Part shown: positions 18,790-27,655 of the stretch, in pieces
How the letters are laid out: every line of letters begins with the position of its first letter
Position numbering within the stretch: position 1 is the stretch's first letter
Assembly (NCBI GenBank): GCA_938074445.1
Contig: CALJEK010000022.1
Span: 33,444-97,443 of the forward strand
DNA: 64,000 nt
DNA from: Candidatus Kryptoniota bacterium
GTDB lineage: Bacteria; Bacteroidota; Ignavibacteria; Kryptoniales; Kryptoniaceae
Direction: 5' to 3'
Translations under genes and position numbers: made by a program
The notes under the pieces: model-generated
What the model saw: only the letters and a program-made list of their open reading frames with translations
Databases searched by the model: none
What the model was told of the DNA's origin: nothing

Positions 18790-19227
18790 TTACTTGCTTC
18801 CTGTCAAGCTTTCAAGCGCCTTTTGGAATCTCGTTGCATGAGATTTCTCGGCGCGTGCAAGAGTTTCAAACCACTCCGCAATGTCATCAAATCCCTCCTC
18901 ACGCGCTGTCTTGGCAAATCCCGGATACATCTCGGTATATTCATATGTTTCACCCGCGATTGCAGATTTAAGATTTGCTACAGTATCTCCAACCGGTTCA
19001 CCTGTGACTGGGTCTCCAGCTCCGTATTGCTTCAAGAAATCAAAGTGCCCGAAGGCATGCCCCGTTTCACCTTCTGCTGTGTCTCTGAAAACACCAGCAA
19101 TATCTGGGTAACCCTCAATATCTGCCTGACGGGCAAAATATAAATAACGACGGTTTGCTTGGGATTCCCCAGCGAAACCATGTTTAAGATTTTCAAGCGT
19201 TTTAGTTCCAGCAAGTGATTTCGCCAT
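18790..19227 (-). CDS. rbr: Rubrerythrin-family diiron protein lacking the rubredoxin domain
   Basis: 145 aa. Four-helix-bundle diiron motifs ([35 protein letters not shown]). No C-terminal CXXC pairs. Confidence 0.85.
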   Translation of the reverse strand: MAKSLAGTKTLENLKHGFAGESQANRRYLYFARQADIEGYPDIAGVFRDTAEGETGHAFGHFDFLKQYGAGDPVTGEPVGDTVANLKSAIAGETYEYTEMYPGFAKTAREEGFDDIAEWFETLARAEKSHATRFQKALESLTGSK

Positions 19228-19254
19228 GGCTTTACTCCTTAAATTTTGTTTTTA

Positions 19255-19273
19255 AATGATAACGATTACTATT
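19255..19273. promoter_or_regulatory. Fur/PerR-type operator candidate upstream of rubrerythrin
   Basis: The first 16 nt of AATGATAACGATTACTATT (AATGATAACGATTACT) match AATGATAATCATTATC, a core of the classical Fur box, at 12 of 16 positions. Located between the predicted -10 and the rbr start codon. Confidence 0.5.
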
Positions 19274-19282
19274 TGCAACTAT

Positions 19283-19311
19283 AATATACACTTTTAAAAG
19301 TAATTTGTCAA
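19283..19311 (-). promoter_or_regulatory. Sigma-70-type promoter for rubrerythrin (TTGACA-17-TATATT)
   Basis: On the minus strand, a perfect TTGACA at 19311-19306, a 17-nt spacer and TATATT at 19288-19283. AAGGAG Shine-Dalgarno before the ATG at 19227. Confidence 0.55.
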
Positions 19312-19334
19312 GTTTTTCGAGGTTAGAATTTATT

Positions 19335-19365
19335 AATTTTAGGGCGAGGCAAAAGCCTCGCCTTT
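19335..19365 (-). terminator. Hairpin downstream of acnA (possible terminator)
   Basis: GGCGAGGC-aaaa-GCCTCGCC 8-bp GC-rich stem 12 nt after the acnA stop. The U-tract is poor. Confidence 0.5.
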
Positions 19366-19374
19366 AGGGAAAAT

Positions 19375-22059
19375 TTATTTTGAATTTTTGAGTAACTTGC
19401 GGAGGACGGTTTGCATTATCCCACCGTTTATATAGTATTCGACTTCTACTGGCGTATCGAGACGGGCGATAACTTCGAAGGTTTTAATTGAGCCATCGTT
19501 TGATTTTGCGGTTACCTTTAAAATTTTTCTTGGATGAAGGTTTTCTGCAATCCCTTCAATTGTGTACTCTTCAAAACCTGTTAATCCAAGAGTTTCTCTG
19601 TTTTCGCCTTCTTTAAATTGGAGTGGGAGAACCCCCATACCAACTAAATTGCTTCTATGAATGCGTTCGAAGCTTTCGGCAATGACAGCTTTCACACCAA
19701 GTAAGTAAGTACCTTTAGCAGCCCAATCGCGTGAACTTCCGGTGCCATATTCTTTTCCTGCTATCACAATAAGTGGGCGATTTTCTTGTTTATAGCGCAT
19801 AGCAGCATCATAGATGAACATTTTTTCGCCCGTTGGTATATAAATTGTCCAACCACCTTCAACTCCAGGGAGCATTAGGTTTTTTATTCTTACATTTCCA
19901 AAGGTTCCACGCATCATCACTTCGTGAGCACCTCTTCTTGCTCCAAATGTATTGAATTCAGATTTTGGGACGCCTCGTTCGATTAGATATTTACCTGCGG
20001 GACTGGTTTCTGAAATTGAGCCAGCTGGCGAGATATGATCTGTTGTGATGGAGTCACCGAATACCGCGAGACAATATGCATTGATTATATCTTTAGGTGG
20101 TTCTACTTCAAGTTTCAGATTTTCGAAGAAAGGTGGATTTTGGATGTAAGTTGAATTCGGAGCCCATTCAAAAAGTTCACCTTCCGTGATCGGTATGTTT
20201 TTCCAGTATTCATTTCCTTCAAAAACATCGGAATATTTTCTCTTGAAAAGCTTTGAGTTAAGAACTTTGTTTATCGTTTCGTTTATCTCATCTTGACTTG
20301 GCCATATATCTTTTAGATAGACAGGATTTCCATTGGGGTCATAGCCGATGGGTTCATTGTTGAAGTCAATATCTATTTTTCCAGCGATGGCATAGGCGAC
20401 GACAAGAATTGGGGATGCAAGATAATTTGCTTTAACAAGTGGATGAACACGAGCTTCAAAGTTTCTGTTGCCACTCAAAACAGCAGATACGACAAGGTTA
20501 TTTTCAACGATCGCTTTTGAAATTGATTCTGGAAGGGGTCCACTATTTCCTATGCATGTGGTGCAGCCATATCCAACGAGATGAAATCCAAGTGCCTCGA
20601 GGTATGGCATAAGTCCAGATTGCTGAAGATATTCTGTCACAACCCTTGAGCCAGGGGCTAAACTTGTTTTAACATAAGGTTTTGCTGTTAAGCCCTTTTC
20701 TATCGCTTTTTTAGCAAGAAGACCAGCGCCGATCAAAACAGTTGGGTTTGATGTGTTCGTGCAGGATGTTATAGCGGAGATCACGACGGAGCCATGGGTT
20801 AGTTCAGCTTTTTGATTGCGAATTTGAACTTGGGCTACCTTTTTTTGCTCATCGTTAATTTTATAGTTTTCCTTTAAAGCTTTTTCGAAGTGTGATTTTA
20901 TCTCTCGGAGTAAAACTTTATCTTGAGGTCTGCTTGGTCCAGCAAGTGTTGGCTCAATTTGGCTCATATCGATCTCCACTACATCTGTATATTCAGGCTC
21001 GGGTGAGTCATCATATCTAAAGAGCCCTTGTTCTTTGGCGTAAACTTCGACTATCTTGGCGATGTTTTCTCTTCCTGTTAACTTTAGGTAGTTGATCGTC
21101 TCATCATCAATCGGGAAAAAGCCGCATGTTGCACCATATTCTGGAGCCATATTTGCGATAGTTGCTCTGTCGGCGACGGAAAGTTTAGATATACCCGGTC
21201 CGAAATATTCAACAAATTTCTCAACTACTCCTTTTTTGCGAAGTATGTTTGTAATTGTTAAAACAAGGTCAGTTGCAGTTGCTCCCTTTGGAAGTTCGCC
21301 TGTTAACTTGACACCAATTACCTCTGGAATCGTTATGTAATAAGGTTGTCCAAGCATTACGGCTTCCGCTTCAATTCCTCCAACACCCCATCCTAAAACC
21401 CCGATGCCGTTTATCATTGTCGTGTGTGAGTCAGTTCCAACAAGAGTATCCGGGAAGGCAAATCCGTTTTCAATTTGAACAACTTTTGAAAGATATTCAA
21501 GGTTTACTTGATGAATGATTCCCGTTCCTGGTGGGACAACTCTAAAATTTTTGAACGATTTTTGAGCCCACTTCAGAAGTATATACCTCTCTTTGTTAAG
21601 TTCGAATTCCCTCTTTACGTTCCAGTCGAATGCGTAAGATGTCCCAAAGTAATCAACTTGAACTGAGTGGTCGATTACAAGGTCGACAGGTTTAAGTGGG
21701 TTTATAATCTTTGGGTCTTTGCCAAGTTTTTTCACGGCGTCGCGCATTGATGCGAGGTCTACAACGCACGGCACCCCTGTGAAATCTTGAAGCAGGACTC
21801 TCGCGGGCATATAAGGGATTTCTCGCAGGGGTGGTTTTGGTTGCCATGAGGCAATTGCTTTTACATCATCTTCTGTGACGAGATAATTATCGCAATTGCG
21901 TAGCGCATTTTCGAGGAGAATTCTTATTGAATAGGGAAGTTTTGAGATATTTGTGAACCCTTGTTTTTCAAGCCAAGGTAATTTAAAAATTTTGAGTTTT
22001 TTTCTACCTACGTTGATTGTTGAGATAGCTTCCCTGAAGGGATGTGCATTGGTGGTCAT
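19375..22059 (-). CDS. acnA: Aconitate hydratase A
   Basis: 894 aa, full-length collinearity with AcnA/IRP-type aconitases (VGTDSHTTMING, ITSCTNTSNP, GYGCTTCIGNSG, GTGSSRDWAAKG). Confidence 0.95.
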   Translation of the reverse strand: MTTNAHPFREAISTINVGRKKLKIFKLPWLEKQGFTNISKLPYSIRILLENALRNCDNYLVTEDDVKAIASWQPKPPLREIPYMPARVLLQDFTGVPCVVDLASMRDAVKKLGKDPKIINPLKPVDLVIDHSVQVDYFGTSYAFDWNVKREFELNKERYILLKWAQKSFKNFRVVPPGTGIIHQVNLEYLSKVVQIENGFAFPDTLVGTDSHTTMINGIGVLGWGVGGIEAEAVMLGQPYYITIPEVIGVKLTGELPKGATATDLVLTITNILRKKGVVEKFVEYFGPGISKLSVADRATIANMAPEYGATCGFFPIDDETINYLKLTGRENIAKIVEVYAKEQGLFRYDDSPEPEYTDVVEIDMSQIEPTLAGPSRPQDKVLLREIKSHFEKALKENYKINDEQKKVAQVQIRNQKAELTHGSVVISAITSCTNTSNPTVLIGAGLLAKKAIEKGLTAKPYVKTSLAPGSRVVTEYLQQSGLMPYLEALGFHLVGYGCTTCIGNSGPLPESISKAIVENNLVVSAVLSGNRNFEARVHPLVKANYLASPILVVAYAIAGKIDIDFNNEPIGYDPNGNPVYLKDIWPSQDEINETINKVLNSKLFKRKYSDVFEGNEYWKNIPITEGELFEWAPNSTYIQNPPFFENLKLEVEPPKDIINAYCLAVFGDSITTDHISPAGSISETSPAGKYLIERGVPKSEFNTFGARRGAHEVMMRGTFGNVRIKNLMLPGVEGGWTIYIPTGEKMFIYDAAMRYKQENRPLIVIAGKEYGTGSSRDWAAKGTYLLGVKAVIAESFERIHRSNLVGMGVLPLQFKEGENRETLGLTGFEEYTIEGIAENLHPRKILKVTAKSNDGSIKTFEVIARLDTPVEVEYYINGGIMQTVLRKLLKNSK

Positions 22060-22139
22060 GATAGATTTTGAATTTTGTTTTCTATCTGAAAAAAATTAAG
22101 TAAAACGTGAAAAATTTCCAATAAAGTCATTTTGCGAGG

Positions 22140-23132
22140 TTATGACCTTGCGAACTTTAAAACCTCTGGATTTACAACATTTGCTGGTATTTTTCCCGTC
22201 AAGACTTTAACGATATTCTCTGCAGCGACGATAGCCATTTTTGTTCTTGCTTCAGCTGTTGCGCTTCCGATGTGTGGGGTCAGGACGACGTTTTCAAGTT
22301 CGAGCAATTCATCTGGGACAAATGGTTCTTGCTCGAAGACATCAAGTCCAGCGCCAGCAATTTTTTTATTTTTAAGCGCTTTTATCAAGGCTTTTTCATC
22401 AATGACTTCTCCTCGAGACGTATTTATAAGGTATGCGGTTTTCTTCATAAGTTTTAGCTCTCTTTCCCCAATTAAATGCCGTGTTTTTGGTGTCAAGGGA
22501 ACATGGATTGTGATTATGTCGGAGTTTTTTAGCAATGTGTCGAGGGATACTTTTTTAGCGCCAACTTCTTCTTCCAAAGTTTCATTTTTATTTAGGTTGA
22601 AGTAAAGAACTTTCATCTTAAAGCCCTTTGCTCTCAATCCGACGGCAGTTCCAATTCTACCTGCACCAATTATTCCGAGGGTTTTGCCAGCCAACTCTGT
22701 TCCAAGCAAGAGCAATGGAGCCCATCCTTTGAATTTTTTCCTTCTAACAAATTTGTCAGCTTCTATTATTCTTCTTGTTACCGCGAGTATAAGACCCCAT
22801 GTGAGATCCGCAGTCGCATCTGTTAAAACTCCAGGTGTATTGGTTACAATTATACCTCGTTTAGTTGCTTCATCAATGTCAATATTGTTAAAACCGACCG
22901 CATAATTTGAGATTACCTTGCATTTATCCATGTTTGCTATAACCTCTGCATCTATCGTATCATTTAAAAGACAAAGCAAGGCGTCAATGCCTCGAACCTT
23001 TTTAACGAGTTCATCGTGGGTGAAGTTTCTATCTTTTGTGTTAACTATTACATTTTTAAAATGTTTCCGCAAGATTTGAAGCCCAGCTTCGGGGATTTGT
23101 CTTGTGACGAGTATTGTATGATTTTTTTTCAT
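22140..23132 (-). CDS. D-isomer-specific 2-hydroxyacid dehydrogenase (glyoxylate/hydroxypyruvate reductase-like)
   Basis: 330 aa. NAD-binding GIIGAGRIG. Catalytic region NTSRGEVID, DVFEQEP, LTPHIGSAT. Confidence 0.85.
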   Translation of the reverse strand: MKKNHTILVTRQIPEAGLQILRKHFKNVIVNTKDRNFTHDELVKKVRGIDALLCLLNDTIDAEVIANMDKCKVISNYAVGFNNIDIDEATKRGIIVTNTPGVLTDATADLTWGLILAVTRRIIEADKFVRRKKFKGWAPLLLLGTELAGKTLGIIGAGRIGTAVGLRAKGFKMKVLYFNLNKNETLEEEVGAKKVSLDTLLKNSDIITIHVPLTPKTRHLIGERELKLMKKTAYLINTSRGEVIDEKALIKALKNKKIAGAGLDVFEQEPFVPDELLELENVVLTPHIGSATAEARTKMAIVAAENIVKVLTGKIPANVVNPEVLKFARS

Positions 23133-23164
23133 GGCGAATTTGATTTTGTTTTATTGCTCTGCTT

Positions 23165-23728
23165 TTATGGTTTTGGGAATTTTTGTTTGAATTCTTCAAC
23201 AAATGCGTTTAGAGTTGGTTCATCGAAGAGGCAAAATCTTATTTCTTTTATGCTTGTGTTTGGATTTTCCGTAATGAATTTCACGGCAGTTTCAATTAAA
23301 ATTTTTGCACATCTTTCTTTTGGGAAGCCAAATATGCCAGCGCTTATAGCTGGGAATGAGATGGAGTTTAATTTTTTTTCATCCGCTATTTTTAAACTTG
23401 ATAAAACCGCACTTTGCAATTTTTCGTCTTCTTGGCTTTCTCCGCCTCTCCAAACGGGTCCAACTGCATGGATGACAAATTTTGCCGGCAATTTTCCAGC
23501 TCCGGTAATTGCTGCACTTCCCGTTGGGACATACCCAATTTTATCGCTCTCTTCTTGAATTTCGTATCCACCTTTTTTGACGATTGCACCTGCGACGCCA
23601 CCGCCATGCTTGAGAAATTCGTTTGCTGCGTTTACAATTGCGTCAACGTTTTCTTCGGTTATATCGCCATGAACTATGCGAATAATTTTGTCGTTAATTT
23701 TTGCCTCGTGTAAAACTTTGTTTGGCAT
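23165..23728 (-). CDS. MacroD/YmdB-type macro domain protein (ADP-ribose / O-acetyl-ADP-ribose hydrolase)
   Basis: 187 aa. GDITEENVDAIVNAAN, GGGVAGAI, HAVGPVW, SFPAISAGIFGFP. Confidence 0.85.
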   Translation of the reverse strand: MPNKVLHEAKINDKIIRIVHGDITEENVDAIVNAANEFLKHGGGVAGAIVKKGGYEIQEESDKIGYVPTGSAAITGAGKLPAKFVIHAVGPVWRGGESQEDEKLQSAVLSSLKIADEKKLNSISFPAISAGIFGFPKERCAKILIETAVKFITENPNTSIKEIRFCLFDEPTLNAFVEEFKQKFPKP

Positions 23729-23731
23729 TTT

Positions 23732-24364
23732 TCATTTTGATTTTATTTTAACTTTTGAAACAAAAGGATTCCCACGGATGAAAAATCTCCACTTTTTATC
23801 TGTTCCAGCACTTATTCCAATTCTCTGGCTTCGCCCGATTGTAAATTTTATGTCGTCATCTGAATCAACTATAAAAATTTCGTCTCCAAGCAATGATGTT
23901 CCATTTAGGCTTTTGTCGATTTTAAACGCTTGGCAAAACTTTGCAGGTCCATTTGTTAAGTTGTAGATATTGTTCGTGTTTCGAAACTTTTTCATTAGTT
24001 CAATTCCTTCAATGGGTTCAACAGCTCTGATCAAAACAGCTGCGGGGAAACCTTCTTTCTCAGTCACGACATTGAAACAGTAATGCATCCCATATGTGAA
24101 ATAGACGTAAGCATATCCACCGGGTAAATACATGATTTTATTTCTCGGGGTCATTCCACCGTAGGCATGGCATGCGGGATCACTTTCACCTATGTAAGCC
24201 TCAGTTTCAACGATTCGTCCAGCAAGAATTTGACCGTTGAATTGTCTGACGATTATTTTGCCAAGTAGCTCACGGGCAACTTTAAGCGTAGGTTGGAGGT
24301 AAAAATTTTGATCTAATTTTTTATGGTCAAGTGAGAACTTCTTGGGTTTAAACTTCATCTTCAC
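23732..24364 (-). CDS. mpg: DNA-3-methyladenine glycosylase (Mpg/AAG family)
   Basis: 210 aa. GRIVETEAY, DPACHAY, GGYAYVYFTYGMHYCFNVV, GPAKFCQAF. Confidence 0.85.
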   Translation of the reverse strand: MKMKFKPKKFSLDHKKLDQNFYLQPTLKVARELLGKIIVRQFNGQILAGRIVETEAYIGESDPACHAYGGMTPRNKIMYLPGGYAYVYFTYGMHYCFNVVTEKEGFPAAVLIRAVEPIEGIELMKKFRNTNNIYNLTNGPAKFCQAFKIDKSLNGTSLLGDEIFIVDSDDDIKFTIGRSQRIGISAGTDKKWRFFIRGNPFVSKVKIKSK

Positions 24365-25977
24365 CTGCTTGAGGATTGAAATTCTTTTATTATTCTCTCT
24401 ATTTCTTCTTCTGTGATCCCAGTGCCGTAGATTTTCTCAGCGCTGTAGCTTGATGTGTGGTAAGACTTTTGTTCAGAGCCCATCGGTGGATTTCCAGCTT
24501 TTAGGCGTATTCTTTCTTCAATTTCTTCAATTACGCTTTTTGCTTCTCTTTTCAGAGTCGTGGATAGAAATCTCCTTGAGTCTTGAGTTTTAAGTTTGTT
24601 TCCTTCAATGTCATGGATTGGGATCAATTCGTAGGCGAGTCTTTTTATTTGAATGAGATGTTTTGCGGTGACGTTTTCTGAGATTATTGAGTGTCCAAGT
24701 GTTCCTGGTCCAAGTGTCATTGAAGGGTCAAGTCCTGTTGTATAACCCACGGCGCCGAGCGCTGCGACGGTGTTGACGAGAACTCTAAAGGCTGGTTTTT
24801 CAAGCGCAAACTTTACGATTATATCTGGGTCGCTTGAGTGTATAACCATTGTATGACCAAGTCCGCCAAATTCAAGTAGTTCAATACATTTATGACAACC
24901 TTCTCTCCAGCCATCAACCGTGTAAAATGCAAGGATTGGTGAAAGTTTTTCAACGGACAGAGGGTATTGCTTCCCAACGCCTTCAAGTTCGGCTATTAAC
25001 ACAGTTGTTTGTTCAGGAACTGAGAAACCTGCTTTTTGAGCTATATATGCAGCTGGTTTTCCGACTATCTCGGGATTTATTCCACCTTGTGGTGTTAATA
25101 TGATTTTTTCAAGTTTTGCTTTTTCATCTGGATTGCAGAAGTAAGCACCTTGTCTTTTGAACTCATAGATTACTTGATCTCTTATCGGGGAGTCGCATAC
25201 AACAGCATTTTCAGCGGAGCAAAGCGTTCCATAGTCAAATGTTTTTCCGAAGATGATGTCAGCGACTGCTTTCTTTATGTTTGCGGTTCTTTCGATGAAG
25301 GCTGGAACGTTCCCCGAGCCAACACCATAAGCTGGTTTCCCAATGCTGTATACCATTTTGACCATTTGTGTGCTTCCGGTTGCAAGTATAAGTGAAACAT
25401 CCCGATGTTTTAAAAGCTCCATTGTCCCTTCAATTGTAACCTCGGTTAAACATTGGAACAAATTTCTCGGGGCTCCAGCTCTTTCAGCTGCGCTTTGCAT
25501 TATTTGAATTGCTTCGTAAGTGCATTTAACGGCTCTTGGGTGTGGGCTTACGACGAGGGCGTTTCTTGTCTTGGCTGAGATAAGAGCTTTAAACATAGCA
25601 GTTGAAGTTGGATTGGTCGTCGGGATGAGTGCAGATATCACTCCCATTGGTTCGGCAATTTCAACGACGCGTTTTAATTTATCGTAATTTATAACGCCGA
25701 CAGTTTTTAAATCTTTTATCGATTCGTATGTAAATTTCGTTGCAAATTCATTTTTCAACTTTTTGTCCTCCCATTTTCCGATTCCGGTTTCTTCGACAGC
25801 AAGTTTTGCAAGCCTTTCCGATGCTTCAAATCCAGCTTCAAACATTGCTTTAACAATTTTATCAACTTGTTCCTGAGAATAATTTTTATACTCAAGGAAT
25901 GCATCCTTTGCTTTCGCAATAAGTTCGCGCGCTTGCTGGATTGAAATCAGATCTTTGTCTTTAATTTCAAATGGCAT
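24361..25977 (-). CDS. CoA-acylating aldehyde dehydrogenase (EutE/PduP/AdhE-N type) with an ~80-aa C-terminal extension
   Basis: 538 aa with an AdhE-like ALDH N-terminus and catalytic Cys context [14 protein letters not shown]. The core ends near residue ~455. The tail holds two amphipathic helices ([27 protein letters not shown]) separated by a G/S/P-rich linker. Confidence 0.85.
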   Translation of the reverse strand: MPFEIKDKDLISIQQARELIAKAKDAFLEYKNYSQEQVDKIVKAMFEAGFEASERLAKLAVEETGIGKWEDKKLKNEFATKFTYESIKDLKTVGVINYDKLKRVVEIAEPMGVISALIPTTNPTSTAMFKALISAKTRNALVVSPHPRAVKCTYEAIQIMQSAAERAGAPRNLFQCLTEVTIEGTMELLKHRDVSLILATGSTQMVKMVYSIGKPAYGVGSGNVPAFIERTANIKKAVADIIFGKTFDYGTLCSAENAVVCDSPIRDQVIYEFKRQGAYFCNPDEKAKLEKIILTPQGGINPEIVGKPAAYIAQKAGFSVPEQTTVLIAELEGVGKQYPLSVEKLSPILAFYTVDGWREGCHKCIELLEFGGLGHTMVIHSSDPDIIVKFALEKPAFRVLVNTVAALGAVGYTTGLDPSMTLGPGTLGHSIISENVTAKHLIQIKRLAYELIPIHDIEGNKLKTQDSRRFLSTTLKREAKSVIEEIEERIRLKAGNPPMGSEQKSYHTSSYSAEKIYGTGITEEEIERIIKEFQSSSR

Positions 25978-25997
25978 GAGATTTTGGGGTTATTTTT

Positions 25998-26444
25998 TTA
26001 TTCCATTAAAATTGATGCTGGGTGCCATAAACTCAAGCCACTTTTCTCATCATAAACTCTTTCAAGTTGTTCTCCATCAAATTCTTCTATTATCAACTCG
26101 CACGCGAAAACTTCTGTCCCCATCATTAAATGACCACCGAAGCATCTCCCCTGATTATCGGCAAGCGCTATATGGCAATGGACAAATGGTTGTCCATTTA
26201 GCACGCTTACGTTCCCGAGGCAACTTACAATTTCCATCTCTTGGTTAAATTCGAGATTGTGATACTTTTTTTCTATTTGGTCGTAAAAAGCTATAACCGC
26301 TTTTTTTACGGCTCCTATCGCTGTTATTTTGCCAATTTTTATATTTTCTTCCCTACAGATTTTCGTGATGCTTTCGAGAAGGTCAGAGCCTTCGGAAAGG
26401 CGACCTATGTAAGTTCGTCGAAGCGAGTATTGTTTTCTTGACAT
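25998..26444 (-). CDS. PPC (DUF296) domain protein
   Basis: 148 aa. Pattern ITAIGAV..., LGNVSVLNGQPFVHCHIALADNQGRCFGGHL is typical of the PPC/DUF296 fold. Confidence 0.7.
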   Translation of the reverse strand: MSRKQYSLRRTYIGRLSEGSDLLESITKICREENIKIGKITAIGAVKKAVIAFYDQIEKKYHNLEFNQEMEIVSCLGNVSVLNGQPFVHCHIALADNQGRCFGGHLMMGTEVFACELIIEEFDGEQLERVYDEKSGLSLWHPASILME

Positions 26445-26457
26445 TAATTTCTCCTTT

Positions 26458-27504
26458 TTAGTTATCGAATAAACCCGGTTGTTTTTCAGATCTTGTTTTT
26501 ATCAAGCCGAAGTGTTTATAGGCGAGTTCTGTTGCAACTCTTCCCCTTGGGGTTCTTTTAATAAATCCCTCTTGAATTAAATATGGTTCATAAACTTCTT
26601 CGATTGTTCCTTCTTCTTCACCGACGGCTATCGCGATTGTTCCAAGTCCGACGGGGCCACCGTTATATTTTTCAATTATTGTTAGAAGAATTCGCTTGTC
26701 CATATCGTCAAGTCCGTGTTCATCTACATCAAGTGCTTTGAGGGCGTATTCGGCGACTTCCTTTGTTATAACTCCACCGTATTTGGCGAGTTTTTCATCT
26801 GCTTGGGCAAAGTCCCTTGCTCTTTTTAACAGTCTGTTTGCAATTCGCGGTGTCCCTCGAGATCTTTTTGCAATTTCATATATGCCGTCTTCAGTTATTT
26901 GAATTTGTAAAATTTTTGCCGAGCGTTTTATGATTTGGCATAATTCTTCGGGCGTATAATAATCAAGGCGTGCGCTTATCCCAAAGCGAGCTCTTAAAGG
27001 TGCCGTGAGCAATCCTGCTCTTGTTGTTGCACCGACGAGTGTAAATCTTGAGAGATTTAGCTTAACACTTCTTGCATTAGGTCCTGTGTCAATCACGATG
27101 TCAATTTTAAAATCTTCCATTGCTGAGTAAAGGTATTCTTCTACTATCGGGCTTAAGCGATGAATTTCATCGATGAAAAGAACTTCTCTATCTCCGAGCG
27201 TTGTTAAAATTCCAGCAAGATCCCCAGGTTTTTCAATCACAGGACCTGATGTCACTTTTATTCCGACGCCGAGTTCATTTGCAATGATATAAGCGAGCGT
27301 TGTTTTTCCAAGCCCGGGTGGACCTGTCAAAAGCACATGGTCAAGTGGGTCGCCCCTCATTTTCGCTGCTTGTATGAAGACTTTGAGATTATTGACTATC
27401 TTTTCCTGTCCGACAAATTCTTCAAATTTTAGGGGTCTAAGTTGTTGATCTACCTCGATGTCAATTTCGAGTTTTTCGGGATTTGTATAGCCTGACTTTG
27501 CCAT
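26458..27504 (-). CDS. ruvB: Holliday junction branch migration helicase RuvB
   Basis: 348 aa. [12 protein letters not shown], Walker [42 protein letters not shown]. Confidence 0.97.
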   Translation of the reverse strand: MAKSGYTNPEKLEIDIEVDQQLRPLKFEEFVGQEKIVNNLKVFIQAAKMRGDPLDHVLLTGPPGLGKTTLAYIIANELGVGIKVTSGPVIEKPGDLAGILTTLGDREVLFIDEIHRLSPIVEEYLYSAMEDFKIDIVIDTGPNARSVKLNLSRFTLVGATTRAGLLTAPLRARFGISARLDYYTPEELCQIIKRSAKILQIQITEDGIYEIAKRSRGTPRIANRLLKRARDFAQADEKLAKYGGVITKEVAEYALKALDVDEHGLDDMDKRILLTIIEKYNGGPVGLGTIAIAVGEEEGTIEEVYEPYLIQEGFIKRTPRGRVATELAYKHFGLIKTRSEKQPGLFDN

Positions 27505-27591
27505 GAAGATTCAACGGGATAAATTTTTTGTTTAATTTAAAAACATTAAAATTTAAACGCAACCTGAAAGCGTAGGCGGGCGTTGCGCATG

Positions 27592-27620
27592 TTGACTTCA
27601 AATGAAATTTTTATTATAAA
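27592..27620 (+). promoter_or_regulatory. Sigma-70-type promoter for the NCS2 permease (TTGACT-17-TATAAA)
   Basis: TTGACT at 27592-27597, a 17-nt spacer and TATAAA at 27615-27620. AAGGAG Shine-Dalgarno before the ATG at 27656. Confidence 0.5.
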
Positions 27621-27655
27621 TTTATTGACGAGCAAAAATATTAAAGGAGTCGGAT

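Noticed and set aside
22060-22087. Inverted repeat GATAGA-N15-TCTATC abutting the acnA start codon, as a possible translational control hairpin.
   Set aside because: It is only a 6-bp A/U-rich stem with a 15-nt loop, so stability is marginal and it is easily a chance occurrence in AT-rich sequence.
22132-23558. Long plus-strand ORFs (157 aa at 22132-22605 and 180 aa at 23016-23558) antisense to the 2-hydroxyacid dehydrogenase and macro-domain genes. Similar antisense ORFs lie at 1470-1832, 34349-34780, 49973-50377, 56696-57121 and 63347-63730.
   Set aside because: Each lies entirely within a confidently identified gene on the opposite strand. Their products are low-complexity and S/P/T/F-rich with no recognisable motifs, and they lack Shine-Dalgarno sequences. 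They are typical shadow ORFs.
27505-27655. Looked for a purine riboswitch upstream of the NCS2 purine permease. Also noticed a CGCAAC...GTTGCG hairpin at about 27558-27587.
   Set aside because: No three-way-junction purine-element consensus is present. The hairpin is only 6 bp with an 18-nt loop and lies upstream of the predicted promoter, in a divergent region, so it is not a terminator or a credible aptamer.
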